From Callorhinchus milii (lineage: Eukaryota), in NCBI RefSeq assembly GCF_018977255.1, contig NW_024704756.1, positions 2,790,001 through 2,854,000 on the forward strand: a stretch of 64,000 nt of DNA, given 5' to 3'. Positions 1-10,264 of this stretch are shown piece by piece. Under the pieces are notes generated by a model. That model worked only from the letters and a program-made list of their open reading frames with translations, did no database searches and was not told the origin of the DNA. Each line of letters opens with the position of its first letter. Positions within the stretch are counted from its first letter, which is position 1. Made by a program: the position numbers and the translations under genes.

Positions 1-699
1 CTCTCATCATAATAACCCTTACATTCAATAAAGCGTTTTATCACTTCATTGAAATGTCTCAAAGCACTTCAAGGGATATACTGTAAAGTGCAGTGACTGT
101 GCATTGTGCTAAGTGTGCTGTGCATCACCCTTAGATACAGTGTGATCTGACTGGATTGCATGCTGTCCTTTAATTTGTGTACCTGTGTGGAGAACATGGA
201 GTAAGGCCCTCCACTTAAGGTGCACACAATGTGAACTGCATGCAGAGTAGACTGCGTACATAGACTGTGTGCAGGACATATCTCAATGTTATGTCCACAT
301 AACACGCATGGAGAGCCTGTTGCTCCTTGCTCTATACATGTGCAGCCTAAATTGGCCGAGATTTCATCACCATTAACTTGCTACAATATTCTGTCAGCTC
401 CCTACCATTCACCCCTCCTGATCCCAACCCCCCCAGCTTGGGTCAAAATCCCCGATTGTTCAGCGCCTTGAGACATCTTCCCGACGAGAAAGGTGCTGTA
501 CAGATGTCATTTGTTGTTGTTATTTGTTGTTGTTAGTGACAGAGTGAAATTAAACACAACAAAGAGTCATACACTTTTGGAAACATTTCTGAGCTGTGAA
601 TTCCTGTGGTTGTACGTGACCCCTCTGACCTCTCTCCAACTCTCTTACCCACAAAACAGGCCAGGAGCTGCTTTTTGAATAGTTTCAGTTTTAACCAAT

Positions 700-1105
700 A
701 ACAACAACAGCAACGACTTGAGTTTATACAGCGCTCTTCACGCCGGACGGCATCTTGGAGCGCTTAACAGTGGCGGAGCCCGAAGCCGAGCCAGGGGGAG
801 GGGAAGGTGACCGTAGGCACGGTCCAAGAGGAAGGTCTTCAAGCGCGACCTGAAAATGGGGAGAGAGGCGGCAAGGTGAAGAGATTGAGGGAGAGAGTTT
901 CACAGCTTTGGGAAGTAGTGGTTGAAAGCACGGCCGCTGATGGTGGGGCGAAAGGTCTGGGGGACAAGGAGGATGCCGGAGCCAGTCGAGTGGAGGCAGG
1001 TGGTGGGTAGTAGTGTAGGGAGAGAGCAAGTTGGAGGGATGGGTGAGGTGGAGGGGGTCAGCGCGTGAAGGGATTTAAATGCAGCAGTGAAGATCTTGAT
1101 CTCAA
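700..1105 (-). mobile_element. L2 3' fragment
   Basis: FKSLHAL...RPTISGRAF-like C-terminal translation with (CAA)n tail at about 700. Confidence 0.7.
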
Positions 1106-1619
1106 TAAGCACATTTCTGAAAACTAATATCTTCGGTAAAGTTTCTCTGCTTCTTATTTCGAACACAGTGACAGAAATCTATCTGGCGGCTTTCCTTGAA
1201 TCAAAAGTACTGTTTTCCCTTAAAGCCTCCAGGCTGGGGAAATTTTCTCTGTTCTAATTTCACTAATGGTATAAATATATATAAAAAAATTCCAGCTCAT
1301 TCAACAAAAAAAAACTTCCCCCGGGCGTAGAGGGTTGCAGGCTGGATTTGTGTCGTAGCATCTCTGGCAGATTTCACTCAAGTCAGGGGAAAGTGTTGGG
1401 AAATGCTCCAGATGAGGTGATTTTCTATTCCAATCCAGAGCCACACACACAAACAGACGGTTTATCATGATTTGTGCTGTGGGTACGTGGTGCCCCAGAG
1501 TGACTGGGGCAGCCCCAACTCTGACTAACAGCTACTGAGCAGTCTCTGAACAGCACAGGGACTAAACCAGGGGATTTCAACCATCTCACTCACACTCATA
1601 TATTAATAGGCTGGCTCAG

Positions 1620-1830
1620 AGCTAGTGAGAGACATTATAGTGGAACACTGCACAGCGGCAGAAGGTTATTGAGACAGTACAGTAGGACACAGTGCGTTTC
1701 AGGTTATTGAGCGAGACTGTACAGTGGGATACTGTATGTCAGTTTATTGAGAGAGGTGTGCAACAGAACACAGTGTGACTCAGGCTATTGAGAGAGAAGT
1801 ACAATAGGACATAGTGCATCTCAAGGCTGC
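1620..1830. repeat. Degenerate ~38-40 bp tandem repeat
   Basis: About 5 copies of GGTTATTGAGA...GTACAGTAGGACACAGTG. Confidence 0.6.
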
Positions 1831-4249
1831 GCAGACTCACCAATGTACAATGGTTGTGACCTTCTGCTCTGGGATCTAGGATCATTCTACAGTTCCAGCT
1901 GTTCTCTGCCTGTCCCCACTCCAGTGGCTGAACCAGCTGTGTATTGGATCCTCTGGTTGTCGATGGTCATCTACAGACCAAAGCACGAAGCACTGAACAG
2001 GTACGTTCCAGCTGCAGGTTAATGCTGCTCTTTCTGAATGCAAAGAGGTTCTCAATAACCAGTTTTTATGTTTTAGCCTGAAACGTGACTGGAGATATCA
2101 CTTATTAGATTGATAAAGAGATTACATCTGCAATGTGAAGTCACAGGATTGATTACATTACTTCGAGTGAACTAATGTCTGGTCAGCACTTAGGGCTGAC
2201 TATGTGATTTACAGTCCTCCTGCCTAACCTGCTGTCCAGCCTGCGCAGCACATTATTTAGTCTGTACATTTGCCTTTTCTGTGCTCTTGTGTGTACATGT
2301 GGGGGGTTTAACATGATCTTGAACTAGGTGTTCACAGAGGTTACAACAGGAAATCACTGACAGCAGGTCAGGAAACAGATGGAGCTGTTTTTCGTCACAG
2401 ACCTCTTGTTTCTGCTGCTCACACGGCTTCACTGACCACAAACAGCACCTCGGCACCTGCTGGAAGTAAACACAAAGCAAAGGGCTGGCACCGCGCCAAG
2501 TGTGTCAGATTTGGGGGTGGCTGAGAGCAGCACAGTGCCAATTCCCTCCACTGGTTACAACTGATCTACAACAGTGAGATCACCCTCCTACCCTTACTCT
2601 CCCCACCCCTCCTGATCCCAACCCACCAGCTCGGGCGCGGATCCCTGACTGTTCAGCGCCTTGGGACGTCCTCCTGACGTGAAAGGCACTATACAAATGT
2701 AATTTGTTGATGTTATAAGAATAATTCTTGCATTTGGTTTAGCACCTTATCACATATAAAAACAAATTGACAGAGCTGCTTCAGTTAGTGCCTGCGCTTG
2801 TAGACAAATGCAGCAGTCTATTTGCGTACAGCAATGTCCCACTTACAGCCATGAAGTGAATGATCATTTCTATTTAAAGGAGGGATTGTTGGCCAGGACA
2901 CCGGGGACAGAGAAACTCCCTTCAAACTCTTTTCAAATAATACAGTGAGATCTTTAACATTCATCTGAACAGGCAGATTTATATTTTGATCAGTTGAGTG
3001 TCTGATACAAGCAGGAACTCATCACCATGCTTAAAAGTTTCCAAATCAGACTGAACTGACAGAAACTTATCCATCAGATAATGGTGACTGATGGATGAAA
3101 CCTCTGACAATACAGTGCTCCCCCAGCACTGTACAGCAGTGTCAGCCTCGGCTAGTGAGCTCAAGGACTTGATGTGGGGCTTGAACCCACAACCTACTGA
3201 CTCGGGTGTGCGAGTGCTCCCGACAGATATTGAAATGCAGGTTAATTGGCCACTTATTACTTGGCCGTTGTGAGACCTAGCTGTGAGCAGAATAGCTGTT
3301 GCATTTGGCAATGACAAAAATAGAGACTACATGTGTGTGAACAATAAAGTGCTTTAAGATGTTCCAACACATTTTAGGTACCATAAAAATGCAAGTGCTT
3401 CTTTTAATTTGTGATAATAATCCTTGCATTTGATATAGTGCCTTAATCACGTCGTTTAGACGTTTCAAAGTGCTTCACAGAATGTATTGCGAAGTGAATT
3501 GACTGTATATTTTGTGGGCAAAACACTGCAGCCAATTGCACACAGCAGCGTCCCACAAACAGTCGTGGATTTACAAAAGTTGTGCATAAAAATCAAAGTT
3601 TCTAGGGAATGTTTTCTCATGTTCATTGGCACAACTGAAGGCATCCAGGGGAGCAGTGGTTCAGGGTATATCGGGAGAAGGAAACAATTTCAAAACAGAG
3701 GCTCTCAGGGAGCTTCTCATAGTGAGCTAGCTGTCCAACAAATCTCCAGATAAACTGGCCATTCAGTTCCTGGCTGCTTGTGGCACCTCATCGTATGCCA
3801 AATGCACATTCTATGTTTAATAGTAATTACTATGAAGTGCTTTGAAACATTTGAAACACAGTAACAAATACAAAAATTATTATCAGCACTTAGAGATAAA
3901 AAAGTAACTTAAACCATGGCTTCAGTTGGCTGTTGATTGCAGTTGCTAGCTGACATTCTGCTCTGTTCACTTTTGTTTCCTGTTTTGGTCCAAAACTTGA
4001 TGTAATTTCTGTTTATTACAGGATACGACAAAGACTTTGCTCTCTTGCTCATTCCGCAAATCGCTGACTGGACACTGGAGGAAGGGTGTTGATCGGGTGC
4101 TCAGTAGCTAGTGTAGGATCTGTTTTGTCATTTCTACAGCTACATCTGGTTACTGGGTCTCTGATCACATCCCTAAGCGACTAAAGCTACTCACTGGGAA
4201 TAAAACCAGCAATTGCAATACACTCCTTTCATCCTTAACAGACAAAACA

Positions 4250-4660
4250 TAAGAGCATAAGAATTGATGTAAATAGATGAAAGACCATTCGGTTTCCCTC
4301 TCACCATCCTGGCAATTGCATGCACATGTCATTGTCCCAAACTCTGTACGGCATCCCTAAGTATTATTTCCTAAAAGAAATTTATCTAATTCGTTTTGAA
4401 GGAATCAACACTTTCTGCTTCCACCGTCTCCCTACGGAGCCTGTTCCGTACCGAAAGGTGTTTCCGCAGATTAGTTTTGAATTTACCCCCCTTCAATCGC
4501 AGGGTGTATCCTCTGGCTTTACTGTTCTGGACAAGATAAAACAACTTATCACTGTCTACATTATCCAGTGTGAACATGCCCAGTTTACTTAATCGCTCCT
4601 CATAGTCCAGTCCCTCTTTCCCTTCAACCATTCTGGTTGCCCTCCTCCGTATGCTCAAAA
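4250..4660 (-). mobile_element. CR1 LINE 3' fragment
   Basis: Minus-strand RRRATRMV.G..GLDYEERL.KLG.F.L...RG..L.L...F.TNLRKH, typical of the CR1 ORF2 C-terminus. Confidence 0.75.
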
Positions 4661-5399
4661 CGTGACATTGAGAATAGTGGTGGGTACAAGGAGTTTATTC
4701 CTAGGTCATCCAAGCAATCCATATTCAATAACCCCCTAATTGAGACCCCACTAACAGTACATCATCAAATAGAGACCGAGCAGGGAATTGGAACTGATTA
4801 TAATGAATAATAATGAATAGGATTTATTTTGCTCCTAAAGTATAGGGCAGTCCTAGCTGGGCAATCAGCAGGAAAGCTTCGCAGACAGTGCTCTCAGTGA
4901 CAAGCTCTGCACTTTCAGCTGGTTAGATTCCAGCAGTTACCCCAATGCACACTCTGGGGTTCCCGTGCCTTGGCTCCTGTCAACCTGCGCCTAATACTCT
5001 CTGGAATTAGCTAAGCATGGTAAGTTCCTCCAGGAGAGAATTTGCCTTCCATTGTGGACACAGGGAAATTTGTATGCATACACATGTGAAATTCTCAGTC
5101 TGGTTTGGATACTCTTAAACACTGGCGGGTTTCTGCGCATGTCACATACCCGGCTGATCCCCCAAAAATGAACAGAATTCATTCTACTCCTGCAATCCTG
5201 TGCCAAGCTTTCTAACTCCCTCACTTAATGTGCGCATTGTTTATTTCTGTTTCTACCTGTGTTACACTCTTGTTCTTTCTATACATTGCTATGTATATGC
5301 ACAAGTCTCCAGTTGATGCTTGCTTTAACCACCAGCCTCGTTCTCTCTCTCTCTCCCCTCTCTCACTCTCTTTGGTTGAATCGGAACGTGCACTTTGCC

Positions 5400-5800
5400 A
5401 TACGGAATGATTTCAAGATCCTCACACTCGTTTACAAATCCCTCCATGCCCTGGCACCTCCTTACTTCTCCAGCCTGCTTACCCAACCCCCCAACCCCCC
5501 AACCCACAACTGCCTCCGCTCAACTGGCTGCGACCTTCTGCATGTCCCTCGTGCCCTCCGTTCCATTGGTGGCCGCGCTTTCAGCCACTACGCCCTGAAA
5601 CTCTAGAACCCGCTTCCTCTATCCTTCTGCTTTGCCCCTTCCTTCCCTTCAGGTTGCGCCTGAAGACCTTCCTATTCGACTGTGCCTACATTCAACACCC
5701 CCTCCCCCAGCACGGTGTCATGCTCCACCACTGTCAAGCGCACTGGGCCCTATCCTGCGTGAGGGGTGCTGTATAAATACAAGTTGTTGGTGCTGTTGCT
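5400..5800 (+). mobile_element. L2 3' fragment
   Basis: FKILTLVYKSLHALAPPY...GGRAFS followed by a (TTG) tail. Confidence 0.75.
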
Positions 5801-6839
5801 GGTGGCTGGACATTTCTGACCTGAGCCATGAGACATTGGGAGTATTCCCCTGGATAGACATCACTGATTCCTCCCCAGTGCTTACTCCTGAATTCTTATG
5901 GAATAACTCCATGTTTTTCGGCCAACACGTACTCAATCAGTCTCTCTGCTCGTACCTGGATACACTGGCGCTGATAATCTTTGCATTTATGCCTTAGCGC
6001 GCCTGCGGGACATCTCCAAGCTCTTTTACTGTGAAGTGTAGTGAATGTGTATTTGTGGTTGAGGATTGTAAAGGAGTCTTCCAAACTCCCGCGGTAACAT
6101 TTACCCAACAATAAAACTTTATTCCATCCTAAATTGTAATTCATTTAGAATAATATACAGTAATAATAAAAATAATAATCGTTGCATTTGATATAGCACC
6201 TCCTCTTTTTCTATGTTGCTCTGTAAAATAGCTACAGGTTTCCAGCGCCTTGGGACATCCTCCCGACAGGCACTGTACAAATGTAATTTTGTTGTTGTTT
6301 TGTTTAGAGATAACATGGTTTTCTGTTCCAGTTCTGTTACCAAAATAAGTCTGAAGCAGAAACATCCTGCGGTCTGACAAGAGACAAATAGAAAATATAA
6401 CTTGTGATGCTGTGTCTCTGCTAAACCACCACTGAATTGCCTATCGGAGTATCATTCTCTGCAGCGTGATGTATGCTCAAATGGTGTGACTAAAAATAAA
6501 CATTAGATTGCATTTGATAAAGCCCCTTTCATGTCGGGAGGGCATCTCCAAGCACATTACAGGATTTGCCGTGGAGTGAGGTGTTTTTGGTAGACGAAAA
6601 CAACAGTCAATTTACACACAGTTTTTATGGCTCTAAAGTAATGTCCCACAAACAGCAATGAAGTGAATGACCAATGTTTTCATTCGGGGGATTGTTGGTC
6701 AGCTCTATGGGAGAAACACCTTTCTCTTTTCATATAGTGGCAATAGGATCTTTAATGTCCCCCTGAACAGGCAGATGGGTACCTCGGTTTAAAGATGGCA
6801 CCTTTTAATAGTGCATCTTATTGTAGCTAGTGCATCTAG

Positions 6840-8605
6840 TGCATCCCCTCCCTATCCTCACCCCACACAATTACCCATCCGACAATTACCCATCCCTGCT
6901 TCCACACCTTTGAACCTGTCACCCCCTCCTCTGTCTCCACCACTGTAACCTCCATGAAGCTCACCACCTGCTCCCTGGACCCCATCCTCACCCCTCTCCT
7001 TAAATCCCAGCTCCACCTCCTTGCCCCATTACTCGCCGACATCATTAACCCCTCCCTGTCATCTGGCACTGTTCCTTCCCCCCTCAAAACAGCCATTATC
7101 ACCCCCACCCTGAAGAAACCTTCCCTTAACCCATCATATCCAGCTACTGGCCCATCTCAAATCTCCCTTTCTTATTCAACATCCTTGAGAGAGCCGTTGT
7201 CTCCCCGCTTTGCTCTTTCCTCCCACTCCCTCCATGAACCCCTCCAATCGGGTTTCCGTGCTGCCCACAGCACAGAAACTGCTCTGGTCAAGGTCACAAA
7301 TGACCTCCTGACCATGTGTGACCAGGACTCCCTCTGCGTCCTTGTCCTCCTCGACCTCTCTGTCGTCTTTGACATCATAGACCACTCAATCCTCCTCCAC
7401 TGCCTCTCCTCCCATCTCAACCTTCAAGGTTCTGTCCTTCACTGATTCAGGTCCTATCTTTCACACCACTTCCATTCCGTTGCGGCAAACGGCTTCCCCT
7501 CCAGCCCCCACACTGTCTTGTACGGTGTTCCTCAGGGCTCTGTCCTCGGTCCCCTCCTCTTCACCCTCTACATGCTCTCCCTTGGTGACATCATCCGCAG
7601 ATATGGGGTAAGTTTCCACATGTATGCGGATGACACCCAACTCTATCTTTCTGCCTCCACCCTGAACTCCAGGACTACTGGGGTCCTGACCGACTGCCTG
7701 TCCGACATCAAGTCCTGGACGATAGCGAACTTTCTCCAATTCAACGGCAGCAAGACTGAGGCCCTCTTGATTGACTCGTGCCAGTGCCTCTGCACCTAAG
7801 GCGCTGGCAGCATCAGCCTCCACAGCTGTACCCTCAACCTCACTAAGTCAATCAGGAACCTGGGCATCTTGTTTGACCCTGAACTGTCCTTTCTCCCCTT
7901 CATCCGCGCCATAACCGGCACTGCCTACCACCACCTACGCAACATTGCCAGACTCTGCCACTGCCTCACCCCTCAGGCTGCCCAAACCCTCACCCACGCA
8001 TTTGTCACATCAAGGCTCGATTACGGGAACTCTCTCCTCATCGGCCTTCCCAACTCTTCCCTTCACAAGCTGCAGATCATCCAAAACCCCTCAGCTCGTG
8101 TACTCTCACGCACCAGGCTCCGGGACCCCATCACTCCCACCCTCGCCCGACTCCACTGGCTCCCCATCCCCCGGAGGATCGAGTTCAAGATCCTCGTCCT
8201 CACCTTTAAGGTCATCCGTGGCCTTGCCCCCTCCTACCTCTCTGACCTGCTGACTCCCTTCCAACCTGCCCGCTCTCTTTGTTCAACAACGGGCTCCATT
8301 CTGCTCCATGTCTCCCGCCCGACCCGCCCTACTATCAGTGGCCGGGCTTTCAGCTTCTCTGTCCCCACACTCTGGAACTCCATCTCACTATCCCTTGGCC
8401 TCGCTTCCTCCCTTGCCTCCTTCAAGGCCGGCCTCAAGACGCTTCTCTTCGATCGTGCCTTAGGTCTCCCTCCCACCTCTCTGTCTTCCCTCACCCCTAC
8501 ACCACCCCTCCCCCATGCTCGGGCCCCGACACCTGACTGTTCAGCACTTTGGGACGTCCTCCCGACGTGAAAGGCGCTCTATAAATGTAATTTTGTTGTT
8601 GTTGT
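6840..8605 (+). mobile_element. 5'-truncated L2-clade LINE (RT fragment, frameshifted)
   Basis: Motifs [47 protein letters not shown] across frames. 3' end GGGACGTCCTCCCGACGTGAAAGGCGCT followed by a (TTG)n tail. Confidence 0.92.
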
Positions 8606-8881
8606 GTTGCATCTCCAATACCACATTGAAACGTCAGCTTAGACTGTTACTCAGACACAACCTTCTAACTCAAGAGCCGAGAGAGCTACAGACGGAGTCA
8701 GGCTGTCAGCGATTGCAGATCAATGAGTTAATGATAACAAGCCTTGCATTTGGTGTCGCTTCTTGAACTCTGTATCGGAGTCTAAGCTGCATCATGTCAC
8801 CAGCATTTGCCAGAAATTAAAATACGTTTGTGGCCTGAAGTCCACCAAATACTAACTCAATATTCTGTGGTCTCCTTATGG

Positions 8882-9143
8882 TAGGGTGACCACACGTCTC
8901 CCATTTATGGAGGCTGTCCCTGGATGAGTTATTGTGCCCCTGAAACTAATTTTGCCCCGTCTTGAATTCAGCAACAAAGAACTGAGCAAGAACAATAAAG
9001 TTCTAAATCAGACACACTTATCAGAGGAACACAGCCATTAATCCAACCTGCTTCACCAGGAACTGACAGAATCAGTAATTGTGATGAGTTCAGTTTTTTN
9101 ATATAAATGTCCCTGGATTTGGTTTGCAAAATATGGTCACACG
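8882..9143. mobile_element. Possible non-autonomous DNA transposon (MITE) remnant
   Basis: Imperfect terminal inverted repeats TAGGGTGACCA ... TGGTCACACGA with internal TGTCCCTGGAT repeats. Contains an N at 9100. Confidence 0.45.
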
Positions 9144-9359
9144 ACTATGGATAATAATACAACTTGCATTTATATTGCGCCTTCCACACTCGGCGGCGTC
9201 CCATATCAAATGCAAGGATTATAATAATCCGACCCATTGTGTGAGTGGCAGCAGAGCATTCAGGTTAAGTCAGTGCAGAAAACATCTTCAAAGGGAAAAA
9301 CAAAAATGTTTCAAGTCCTGTAGTGCGTTGGTTAGAGCACTCGCCTCACAAACCACAAA

Positions 9360-9711
9360 CGCGGCTGTGGGTGGGGACGCGGCTGTGGGCGGGGACGCGG
9401 CTGTGGGGGAGCGGCGGCGGGGACGCTGCTGTGGGGGACGCGGCTGTGGGGGACGCGGCTGAGGGTGGGGACGCGGCTGTGGGGGACGCGGCTGTGGGTG
9501 GGGACGCGGCTGTGGGGGACGCGGCTGTGGGGGACGCGGCTGTGGGGGACGCGGCTGTGGGGGACGCGGCTGTGGGCGGGGACGCGGCTGTGGGTGGGGA
9601 CGCGGCTGTGGGGGACGCGGCTGTGGGGGGGGACGCGGCTGTCGGTGGGGACGCGGCTGTGGGGGACGCGGCTGTGGGGGGGGACGCGGCTGTGGGGGAC
9701 GCGGCTGTGGG
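9360..9711. repeat. GC/CpG-rich minisatellite (GGGGACGCGGCTGTG)n, 15-18 bp units
   Basis: More than 20 tandem units visible, flanked by a SINE head (9316-9355) and SINE tail (9712-9843). Confidence 0.95.
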
Positions 9712-9859
9712 CAATTGGCCGCCGCAAATACACAGTCACTGCACTTTACAGTCTATTCTGTGAAGCGCTTTGAGACGTCGAGAAGACGTGAAAAGCCCCA
9801 TATCAGATGCCAGGACCTACTATTACTATTATTATTATTATTAAATGAAACATTTATAA

Positions 9860-10146
9860 ACCTGAGAGACCTGAGTTCAATTCCAGGCAGAGGGCGAAAC
9901 CTTGGGCAAGTTTCCTTACTCCACACAGAGCCTAATAATAATCCCTCCAAAAACCAAAAACAATAATAAATTGGTCATTTTCAATCTACGACTGTTTGTG
10001 GGACATTGCTGTGCGCAATTGGCTGCCGCGTTCGCCCACAGATATACAGTCAATTCACTTTACAGTGTGTTCTGTGAAGCGCTTTGGGGCTTCCTCCTGA
10101 CGTGAAAAGCGCTATATCAAATGCAAGGATTATTATTATTATTATA
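9860..10146 (+). mobile_element. tRNA-derived SINE abutting the FUNDC2 promoter
   Basis: Near-identical to the reverse complement of 33396-33690; (TTA)n tail ends at 10146. Confidence 0.85.
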
Positions 10147-10264
10147 AACCAGAAAACGCCCCAATAACACCGGAAGCGCAGCCCCGCCCCCCCCCGGGGA
10201 GGGCAGAGTGAGGTCATTTCCGGTGTGCGGGAGGAGTGTTTCCGGGTGAGAGGGCGGAGCGGGG
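10147..10264 (+). promoter_or_regulatory. FUNDC2 proximal CpG-rich promoter
   Basis: CCAAT at 10161, ETS-type CCGGAAG at 10170, GC box GCCCCGCCCC at 10181, TTTCCGG at about 10217 and 10239. CpG-rich to about 10440. Confidence 0.6.

Noticed and set aside
6954-8570. Reverse-transcriptase ORFs as a novel RT system or domesticated gene
   Set aside because: Ordinary 5'-truncated, frameshifted L2 copy with a typical 3' tail; the same applies to 55782-58078.
9100-9100. Single N base
   Set aside because: Assembly ambiguity or gap; local distances across it may be unreliable.
9323-9773. Repetitive ORFs (GDAAV)n, (PTAAS)n, (GTRLW)n; superficially CRISPR-like or antifreeze-like
   Set aside because: A minisatellite with no unique spacers, open in several frames and embedded in a SINE.
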